This document shows, one piece after another, positions 9,793-17,514 of a stretch of DNA of 64,000 nt. The position numbers were made by a program, and so were the translations under genes. The first letter of the stretch is position 1, and each line of letters begins with the position of its first letter. The notes beneath the pieces are model-generated. The model was not told the origin of the DNA, ran no database searches, and saw only the letters and a list, made by a program, of their open reading frames with translations. The stretch covers positions 864,001-928,000 of the forward strand of contig OZ244057.1 in the NCBI GenBank assembly GCA_965215515.1, read 5' to 3'. This stretch comes from Oligoflexales bacterium. Lineage in GTDB: Bacteria; Bdellovibrionota_B; Oligoflexia; Oligoflexales; JAPPIL01.

Positions 9793-10614
9793 CTAACCCG
9801 CTGCTCCAGTTACGTCGATTGTTTCCGTTACTTCACTGCCGCTCTCATCGTTAATTGATGCAGCTACGGTGCAAGTGTACGTTGAGCTGTCTGCTAGTTC
9901 GTTGCTGCTATCATCAAGCGTGATACTAGCGGTGTACTCCCCGTTAGTACCAGTGCCCATGTTTACAACTCCTCCAACTCCTGCATCAATGTTGCTGTTG
10001 TCCACACAAGACCAAGACACACTTAAATCATCACCTTCTATACTCCCTGTAACCATAACCTTGGCCCATACTACTGTTCCTTCAGTGACTGCACCAGCAT
10101 CAGCAGCACGCTCACCACCAATAGCGTCGCTGCCATTGTCGTCGTGGATAGCCAAAGTCAGGGTAGGAGTTCCATCATCCCCGTCGCTCGCAGCCTTAAT
10201 TTCAAACTCAACTTCCTTTGCCTCTATCTTCTCACCGCCGAGGGTGGCTGAGGCATTAGCTGTGCATTCTACCGCAGTGCCGTGATCGCCGAGATCAATG
10301 TCACCAAAATCCGCTTTACCAGCCTTAGCCTTCATCTTTTTTTCAACAGCTTCTTCATCTCCACACGCGACAGTCAGGGTTACTTCAGCAGTTTTGTCAG
10401 CATCAGCATCACTAGCGATGCTGACTGTAATGGCTGCACTTTCACCGCCATCTCCCATGGTGACATCACCGATTGTGCCGATAGCCAGGCTAGGCCCACT
10501 ATCATTAGTTTCTGTCCCTTCTTTGTTGTCATCATCCTCTGTATCACAGCCGCTCAGAGCTACAGCAGCCGCGATGACCCACACCATCCTCAAGAACCAA
10601 ACTCTAAACGACAT
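9793..10614 (-). CDS. Variable acidic lipoprotein: constant N-terminus plus cassette B (two Ig-like Cys-paired domains inferred)
   Basis: Lipobox LSGC; first 43 aa identical to 11786..12592, then diverges exactly at the NDSGPSL site. Confidence 0.8.
   Translation of the reverse strand: MSFRVWFLRMVWVIAAAVALSGCDTEDDDNKEGTETNDSGPSLAIGTIGDVTMGDGGESAAITVSIASDADADKTAEVTLTVACGDEEAVEKKMKAKAGKADFGDIDLGDHGTAVECTANASATLGGEKIEAKEVEFEIKAASDGDDGTPTLTLAIHDDNGSDAIGGERAADAGAVTEGTVVWAKVMVTGSIEGDDLSVSWSCVDNSNIDAGVGGVVNMGTGTNGEYTASITLDDSSNELADSSTYTCTVAASINDESGSEVTETIDVTGAAG
10487..10506 (-). repeat. Putative inversion site S2
   Basis: Reverse complement is AATGATAGTGGGCCTAGCCT. Confidence 0.8.
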
Positions 10615-10900
10615 GATCTCTCCTCCGAAAAACAATTGTCTAAAATGTAAACATCATACTGAGTATCTAACCACACAACCGAGCTGCGCGCTACCCCTAT
10701 TCTCTCAAAAAGCGAAAAAAAATCCAACCTTGGGCGCAAAAAATATTTCTAAAATCTTCTTTGTGTCTGCTGAGGGAAGAATTTAAAAAACTGCAAGAGA
10801 ATGGCTGCAAAAACAAAAAACAGACTGCGAATGCCTCCCACTGCGTATGTTTGCATAATCGATAGCAGAGCCCGTCAGTTTGCTGCTCAGATCTTTTTGC

Positions 10901-11505
10901 ATGGACAAGATCGCGGTCAGCGGTAATGTAGCGCACCGTGCTGATTGTGAGCGCATCACCACCGAATGTGTGCGGGCGCGTCCGCCGTAAAATTTCACCC
11001 CATCGAGGAACGTGCCCGTGGTCATCCCCGTCGCCCGCGCCACGAACGATTGATCGACGAGGTGCGTAAGCGGGGGCGTCGGATTTTTCTGATCGGCGAT
11101 GGTGATACCCATCGTCGCGGGCTACGGGCTTGCCACGGCCAATCCTTGACTCGGACATCGAGCGTCCCTGCTCGGTGTTGGCGGTGCACCTGAGGGTGTG
11201 TTGGCTGCCGCTGCCTTGCGGTGTATGAACGGCGATTTTCAGGGACGCTTGATTTTCGGCAGGAGGAGGAGGAAGCCCGTGCCCGCGACATGGGTATCGC
11301 CGATCCCGCTCGGGTTTACAAAATCGACGAGCTTGCTTCTGGCAACGTTATGTTTTGTGCGACGGGGGTGACCACGGGCACGTTCCTCGATGGGGTGAAA
11401 TTTTACGGCGGACGCGCCCGCACACATTCGGTGGTGATGCGCTCACAATCAGGCACGGTGCGCTACATTACCGCTGAGCACGACTTGACCCGCAAAAAGA
11501 TCTGA
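10901..11505 (+). CDS. glpX: Class II fructose-1,6-bisphosphatase, C-terminal part only and garbled as assembled
   Basis: MDKIAV (10901-10918), [59 protein letters not shown]. Confidence 0.85.
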
Positions 11506-11785
11506 GCAGCAAACTGACGGGCTCTGCTATCGATTATGCAAACATACGCAGTGGGAGGCATTCGCAGTCTGCCTTTTTGTTTTTGCAGCCATTCTCTTCG
11601 GCACGTTTTTTAAATTCTTCCCTCAGCAGACACAAAGAAGATTTTAGCTCAAATATTTTTTGCGCACCAAGGTTGGATTTTTTTTCGCTTTTTGAGAGAA
11701 TAGGGGTAGCGCGCAGCTCGGTTGTGTGGTTAGATACTCAGTATGATGTTTACATTTTAGACAATTGTTTTTCGGAGGAGAGATC

Positions 11786-12592
11786 ATGTCGTTTAGAGTT
11801 TGGTTCTTGAGGATGGTGTGGGTCATCGCGGCTGCTGTAGCTCTGAGCGGCTGTGATACAGAGGATGATGACAACAAAGAAGGGACAGAAACTAATGACA
11901 GTGGGCCTAGCCTGATGGTCGCTTTTGACCCAGCAACCCCTGAAGCTGGAGCAGAAGCTACAGTCGTAGTAACTGTCAAAGATGGTGAAGCCGATGACAA
12001 GATCAATATCGGCGTTATGTGCGGCAAGAGCGAAACACTGGCCGCGCAAGATTATGAAGTTAAAGACAACAAAGCGACCAGCGCTCAGTTTGGTGTTCCT
12101 GAGGCTGGAGGGGCAAAGATAACCTGCACCGCGACTGCTTCAGGTAAAGTTGGGGATAAAGACCTAAGCGAAGAAAAGTCTTTCGACATCGACGTGGCTG
12201 GCAGCAATGAGGAGGAAGCCGCTGCTCCGACACTACGATTTCAACCTGATTCTACTAGTGAGCTAGATGCATTAGAACCAGGTGCGACTGAAACTCCGGA
12301 GATTAGTGTTGAAATCATCGACGATGCAGGCAGGGTAGATGGTGATAGTACTTTAGATGTGACCCTATCTCTAACCTGCGGTGTAGATGAAATTGACCTC
12401 AACGGCAACAACACCCCTGGCAATGCCGCAATAATAGCAGCGGTGGCGGGTGTGGCAACTTTCCCCCCTATGTCGAACCTGAAGGAATTCACCGCTGGTA
12501 AATGTACTCTGAAGGCCGAAGTCGGCACTGAGGGCCAACCAGATTATCGCGTAAAAGAGTATGAGCTTACCATCGTCGCCCCCACCGCCTAA
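11786..12592 (+). CDS. Variable acidic lipoprotein: constant N-terminus plus cassette C
   Basis: GGAGGAG RBS; lipobox LSGC; two beta-rich domains each with a Cys pair. Confidence 0.85.
   Translation: MSFRVWFLRMVWVIAAAVALSGCDTEDDDNKEGTETNDSGPSLMVAFDPATPEAGAEATVVVTVKDGEADDKINIGVMCGKSETLAAQDYEVKDNKATSAQFGVPEAGGAKITCTATASGKVGDKDLSEEKSFDIDVAGSNEEEAAAPTLRFQPDSTSELDALEPGATETPEISVEIIDDAGRVDGDSTLDVTLSLTCGVDEIDLNGNNTPGNAAIIAAVAGVATFPPMSNLKEFTAGKCTLKAEVGTEGQPDYRVKEYELTIVAPTA
11894..11913 (+). repeat. Putative inversion site S3 (AATGACAGTGGGCCTAGCCT)
   Basis: 19/20 match to S1 and S2. Confidence 0.8.
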
Positions 12593-12598
12593 CAAACT

Positions 12599-12629
12599 GG
12601 AGAGAGGAGGCACACGGCCTCCTCTCTCC
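12599..12629 (+). terminator. Hairpin downstream of cassette C
   Basis: GGAGAGAGGAGG/CCTCCTCTCTCC 12-bp stem directly after the stop codon. Confidence 0.6.
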
Positions 12630-12725
12630 GTCATGCCCACATAGAGAGCGAAGCCTCCGCGGGTTTTTAGCCTAGCATTTTGTTTTCTCGCCATCGCTTC
12701 TGTATAATGATCCCGATGCGAGGAG

Positions 12726-13580
12726 GTGCGGGTGGCAAACGAGCGTGTCTGCCCACTGCGTTATCAGCAACCCTGTTGTCGGGGCACGGGTTACGTGGTG
12801 CGGCCTGAAGGAGGTGTGGCACAAGCCGAGCGCTGTGTATGCGTTTTGCGTTGCCCGCTGTGCGTAGGCAGCAACCTACTCCCCATCGAGGGCGTAAGCC
12901 GAGTTTGTAAACGCCCCCCTCCAGGAGAAGTGATCGCCCGCTTCAACCGTGCCGCCATCCCCGCCCGCTTCGCCAACGCTACTCTGGATAACTTCACCAA
13001 CTTGAACGACGACATGTCGCGCCACCTCAAGGCAATGCGAAATTGGCTACAAACCTTTCGTCCCGCTACCAGCAGAGGATTAATGCTGTCAGGGCCAGTC
13101 GGAGTGGGTAAGACGCACCTGCTAGTGGCACTGACCCGCGAACTGATAAAGAAAAACATCGACGTTAAATTCATCGATTTTTTTCAACTGCTGTCGATCT
13201 TGCGAGACGGTTTCGCCAGCGACCGCTCGGAATTGAGCACACTCGAACCACTGATGGCCGTCGACGTGCTGGCCATCGACGAAATCGGTAAAGGACGCAA
13301 CAGTGAATGGGAAAAAAATATCCTCGACCAACTTATCATGGGACGCTACAACCGCAACCGTACCGTGATCGCCTCAACCAACTACCGCCTGACCCTGCCC
13401 AGAACAGTCAAACGAGGATCATTCAACGTGCCCCTCGACACAGGAGAAGAGAGAGAACGCCCCCCCGACTACAGCCTGAAAGAATTACGCACGACGATCG
13501 GTGAACGCACCTACTCACGCCTAGTGGAAATCACGGATTTTTACGAACTGCACGGTAACGATTTTCGGCAGCTGCGATGA
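12726..13580 (+). CDS. DnaC/DnaI/IstB-like AAA+ ATPase with N-terminal Cys-rich Zn finger
   Basis: GPVGVGKT, LAIDEIG, IASTN, GERTYSRLVE, GNDFR; CCRGTG..CVC..CPLC. Confidence 0.85.
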   Translation: MRVANERVCPLRYQQPCCRGTGYVVRPEGGVAQAERCVCVLRCPLCVGSNLLPIEGVSRVCKRPPPGEVIARFNRAAIPARFANATLDNFTNLNDDMSRHLKAMRNWLQTFRPATSRGLMLSGPVGVGKTHLLVALTRELIKKNIDVKFIDFFQLLSILRDGFASDRSELSTLEPLMAVDVLAIDEIGKGRNSEWEKNILDQLIMGRYNRNRTVIASTNYRLTLPRTVKRGSFNVPLDTGEERERPPDYSLKELRTTIGERTYSRLVEITDFYELHGNDFRQLR

Positions 13581-14308
13581 TGCTGCGCCGCTGCCTGCTG
13601 CCCGAACTCAGCAACCACAAAGCACGCTCCCCCTTCATGGGACTCACCCGCAGCGAAACCCAGGCGACAGCCGACCACACCTGGTTCAACTGCTGCGCAG
13701 GCACAGGACAACAAACCACACCCGCAGGCATTAAACTCTGCCCCCTCGCACAACACTTGACAAAATTACAAACACTACTCGATCTCTACCAACGCGGCTG
13801 GGGGACAGGACATAAACAATTCCTCTACGCCGTGCTCAGCAAGATCGACCTACAAAAACTCGCCGCCCTCAACGAAGGAGCACAGGTGAGCGGACGACTG
13901 CTGACCTCCACAAACACCACCACCCCAGGGACACTGTGGCCATTAGCCGTCGCCGCTGCCTGGCGGTTCAATTTCCCCGTGCACTTCATCACCCTGCACA
14001 CCGCCAGCAAAGACAACCTACTACCATCCCGCCACCTCCCCAACACCCTGATACTAGTCGAAAACCACCTCCCCCCCTGGCACCCCGACACCATGCTCGA
14101 CTGCGAAGTAATCGTCAACTACTGCTACAATACCACCACCCCCCTGTGGTTCGATTTTGTGCGCAGCAAAGCCCCCCCCACCCCGACCGCAGCCAACGCC
14201 ATGCTAGCCAGCCTGCGCCAGCGCGTCGCGCGTCTGCGACGAGGTAGCCCCCTACCCTACTTCAGCCCCGAAGGACGAGCGAAACTGCGCGCCATGGGCA
14301 TGATCTAG
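13577..14308 (+). CDS. Hypothetical protein, possibly a degenerate P-loop fold
   Basis: Start overlaps the ATPase stop; LILVEN resembles a decayed Walker B. Confidence 0.55.
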   Translation: MMLRRCLLPELSNHKARSPFMGLTRSETQATADHTWFNCCAGTGQQTTPAGIKLCPLAQHLTKLQTLLDLYQRGWGTGHKQFLYAVLSKIDLQKLAALNEGAQVSGRLLTSTNTTTPGTLWPLAVAAAWRFNFPVHFITLHTASKDNLLPSRHLPNTLILVENHLPPWHPDTMLDCEVIVNYCYNTTTPLWFDFVRSKAPPTPTAANAMLASLRQRVARLRRGSPLPYFSPEGRAKLRAMGMI

Positions 14309-15615
14309 CGCGACCTCCCCCACGGCCATGACAAGCCTGACACACCGAAATTAAACCGTGAGCCACCAGGCGTACATAGTTCGAGAGAACCTCCGAGACC
14401 GCGAGAATCGGCTCTGACCTGAAAATCGCACAGCGTAGCCCACTGACAGGGGCTATGGACATGCGTTTGGTGTCCGAGTGGCACACAGTACGAGTAGTAG
14501 AGTTGAGGATCGAAAGTTGCCGTGTAGCCTCGGTCACAGTAACACCGCCCGAAGGGATTACCATCTTTGTACGTGCCTCTCCCTCTCTCCCATCGATGCG
14601 TGGGGCCAGGGCTGAGGGCATGCTCCTCGCAACGAATGCGCTCGTATTCACGCTTCGGAATCGGGGGGGAATGCCCTCCCAATCCGGTTTCTACCGACAC
14701 CATGCCCCCTTCAATTATTATCGTTTCCTTACCTATGCGGGGGTCCAACGAGTCGCGCCGACAGATGATCGGTTGCTGAAACTCCCCGAAATGGACGCCG
14801 CCAGAAGCTTGACACTTCCCGCCAATAAACCTCATACCCTGCAGTACGCATCTCAGCTCTTCTGACGACTCTGGTATCGTCGTGACGAAGTCATCTCCCA
14901 AATCGAGACACGAACCCCGAAACCACACTCCTTGGCGGCAGTTACAACGCCCCCCGTTATAACTTACGCCGTAGAGATCTCGGCACATGAGCTCCATCCC
15001 AGCTTCGGCGACTGGCCCTAGGCAACCACCGAAGCTGGGATGGAACAAGGATAGCGGGTCGTCGCACACACAAACACCGTGGTCCTGCCCGTGAAATGTT
15101 GCTCCCGTGCCACACATCATCTTGGTATGATGCCACACGATAGGCTCGCATTGCCCCGTCAAGGCATTGAACTGTCGCTCGCCATCGCACGAGCAGAATC
15201 CAGCATGATTCCACTTCGCCATTGCTCGTTGGCAGGCGCTTTGCAGTTGCGGCGCGCCGAACCCCTGCCGATTACCAGACTGCACGCCGCAGGGTGCATG
15301 CATATTGCTACTGTCATATATACTGCCGTTAGCACACAGGCACGTGCCGTCGGCTTGCAAGCGTGCGCCGCCGTAGCATTGCTTGTCGTGCTGGCACTGA
15401 AAATCATAAGCACCCGCGCCACTAGGTACTACTTTGCGATAGCCATGCTTACATACACACTCGTCACCTACCCAAACTGTGTTGCTGATTTTCCGACAGG
15501 CACTTCGTTGTCCTCCGTCGCCTTTCCCTCCGTCTGGGCAACTGCTGCTCAGCACTGCTGACAGCACTACCGTAGCGAGTGATACCGTCGTCCGAACTGC
15601 CACTGCACACCTCAT
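14305..15615 (-). CDS. Cys-rich secreted lipoprotein with EGF-like repeats
   Basis: Hydrophobic leader ending LSSSC; six CxC modules (CVCKHGY, CLCANG, CSCDG, CVCDD, CNCRQG, CYCDRGY). Confidence 0.7.
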   Translation of the reverse strand: MRCAVAVRTTVSLATVVLSAVLSSSCPDGGKGDGGQRSACRKISNTVWVGDECVCKHGYRKVVPSGAGAYDFQCQHDKQCYGGARLQADGTCLCANGSIYDSSNMHAPCGVQSGNRQGFGAPQLQSACQRAMAKWNHAGFCSCDGERQFNALTGQCEPIVWHHTKMMCGTGATFHGQDHGVCVCDDPLSLFHPSFGGCLGPVAEAGMELMCRDLYGVSYNGGRCNCRQGVWFRGSCLDLGDDFVTTIPESSEELRCVLQGMRFIGGKCQASGGVHFGEFQQPIICRRDSLDPRIGKETIIIEGGMVSVETGLGGHSPPIPKREYERIRCEEHALSPGPTHRWERGRGTYKDGNPFGRCYCDRGYTATFDPQLYYSYCVPLGHQTHVHSPCQWATLCDFQVRADSRGLGGSLELCTPGGSRFNFGVSGLSWPWGRSR

Positions 15616-15738
15616 AACACCAGTCACCTGCGCTGTCGGCGAAAATGAGGCACAGCCTTAGTTTTATCTTGCAGGGAGGAAAACTATGCCTGAGGGGTGT
15701 CGGATGCGGCCAGGTCTACCCGACTGCGGCGACTAAAA

Positions 15739-15978
15739 TCAGTGGGGATCGAGATACCAGCCCTCGTCGATACGACGTTCGTGAATCGTCGTCCAGGCAA
15801 GACCCGCAAAGAGCTTGCCGATACGGTTGAGATCAGGATCGTCCATGTCCGCCTCGGCTCTGATAACGATGTTCAGCTGATCGAGACCACGCGCCTTGGA
15901 ACGAATGTTGTCGATGTCCTTCTTGGCCGCAGCCAACGTGTCGTAGAAAACTACGCCATACTTTTTGGGGCCGACCAC
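15739..15978 (-). CDS. Small hypothetical protein in the pspA operon
   Basis: Starts 1 nt after the pspA stop; protein-like composition. Confidence 0.6.
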   Translation of the reverse strand: MVGPKKYGVVFYDTLAAAKKDIDNIRSKARGLDQLNIVIRAEADMDDPDLNRIGKLFAGLAWTTIHERRIDEGWYLDPH

Positions 15979-15979
15979 G

Positions 15980-16684
15980 TCAGTCGAGGCCCATTTTTTT
16001 CTTCAAGTCGGCCAACGACGCACTGCCCGCCGCCGACGCACCGCGCAGCGTATCATCTATCTCCTGCTCGACAGTGGTCACACTAGCCCCCACATCGCCG
16101 TAAGCCTCGGCCAACGACTCCTCCTCAACAACACGAGTTTTCATCTTCTCTAACATCGCAATAGTCGAGCTCGAATCCACCCCCGACAACTGCTGATTGA
16201 TCTTGCGCATCGACTGCGCCGTGCGCGCCCTAGCCTTTAAAGTGAGCAACTCGTTTTCATACTTGCGAATCGTCTGATGCAACTTGTTAACCTTCCCCTG
16301 CAACTGCTCCGCCGCCCGCTGCTGATTGGTATGCTGCGTCTCCAGCGTATTGCAACGTTCGAGATACTCCTTCTGCTTGCTAAGTGCCTCCGCCGCTAAC
16401 GGCTCGGCCTTGTCCGCCGCCAACTCACCCTCCTTCATGCGAGTCAACAACAACATCGCCTTGCGCTCGAAATCCTCCGCCGCCCGCCGCTGGTCACCAG
16501 CATCACGCTGCATGCGAATACACTCCGCCTTCACCTGCGCCAAACTGCGCATCGATAACTCCAAATCCTTGCGCAAATCCCGCAAACCCTGCTCGGTCAT
16601 CTTGATCGGATCCTCCAGCTTGTCGATCAAAGCATGCCCCTCCGACTTCGCCACGCCGAAAAGACGCGTAAAGAAACCAGCCAT
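15980..16684 (-). CDS. pspA: PspA/IM30 family protein
   Basis: MAGFFTRL amphipathic start, LEDPIKM, LKARA, long coiled coil. Confidence 0.88.
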   Translation of the reverse strand: MAGFFTRLFGVAKSEGHALIDKLEDPIKMTEQGLRDLRKDLELSMRSLAQVKAECIRMQRDAGDQRRAAEDFERKAMLLLTRMKEGELAADKAEPLAAEALSKQKEYLERCNTLETQHTNQQRAAEQLQGKVNKLHQTIRKYENELLTLKARARTAQSMRKINQQLSGVDSSSTIAMLEKMKTRVVEEESLAEAYGDVGASVTTVEQEIDDTLRGASAAGSASLADLKKKMGLD

Positions 16685-16695
16685 CACCACCTCCA

Positions 16696-17097
16696 CTAAT
16701 GTTTGGAAAATGCAATTAACTCGGCACTTACCTCCGCTAAACCAAGCGACAGTGCCTTAATCGAACCCTCCAACTCGTTGAGATCGAGGTTCTGCAACTG
16801 CAACGTGTCACGGAAATAAACCCGCTTCCCCTCCTCGTCGAGCACAAACGCACCGTGCACCAGCACACGATTCATCTGCAGCAAACGACCGTAAAAATGC
16901 ACCAGCCCCTGCGAAGGCACATCCATAATAAACTGCTCAAGAATAACAATCGGGTCCTCGACATCGATCACGAGATTGTTAATGCCATTATCCTCATCCT
17001 GCACTACAAACAAGTCATCATCAGGAACTTCCCTAACAATCGCAATCCCCAACTCATTGAGATAACCCTTGACCTTAATAAAACCAGCCGTATCCAT
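16696..17097 (-). CDS. YbjN/CesT-like chaperone-fold protein
   Basis: LLQMNRVLVHGAFVLD, FRDTLQLQNLDLNEL; lies upstream of pspA. Confidence 0.75.
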   Translation of the reverse strand: MDTAGFIKVKGYLNELGIAIVREVPDDDLFVVQDEDNGINNLVIDVEDPIVILEQFIMDVPSQGLVHFYGRLLQMNRVLVHGAFVLDEEGKRVYFRDTLQLQNLDLNELEGSIKALSLGLAEVSAELIAFSKH

Positions 17098-17514
17098 CAC
17101 CGTCCTCCGCCTATTAAAGCAAGCATACCCCCAACAATAACATAAAGATACAGAAAAAACAGCCCTACCCTTCCCCCACAATAAATTTATCGCCAGAGAA
17201 AAAACTTTACCTGGCTGGCTAGTCAGTTTACACTAGTAAGTAGGAATAAGCATTGCACTATTGAAAGCGGTGGCGAACAACGTGGCTGGCGTGTGGGCGG
17301 GTTTCAATTTCACGGCGGGGGTATGTTATGTCGCTAGAGTGAGGATAGCGCAGGGCGATACTCTTGTCATCGTGCGGGTTGTGTAGTATGATGGTGGGTA
17401 GACAATAAGTCACAGCAGTGCTCAGCCCCCGCCGCATGAGGATCAGGTTACGTGTGTTCTGTTGCTCGCTGACTGTGCGAGCAATGTTCAACCTCTGGAA
17501 GGGAGATAACTGGT

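Larger units (their letters stand above)
10486..11914. repeat. Apparent large inverted repeat (arms ~10486-11034 and ~11359-11914), probably a mixed-orientation consensus of an invertible segment
   Basis: Arms are near-identical with scattered indels; the centre is a mosaic of forward and reverse glpX sequence. Confidence 0.8.

Noticed and set aside
10697..11291. Several short ORFs in the palindromic segment as separate genes
   Set aside because: They are frames of garbled or reversed glpX sequence.
12726..13580. IstB of an IS21 element or prophage replication gene
   Set aside because: No IstA transposase, terminal repeats or phage genes are adjacent.
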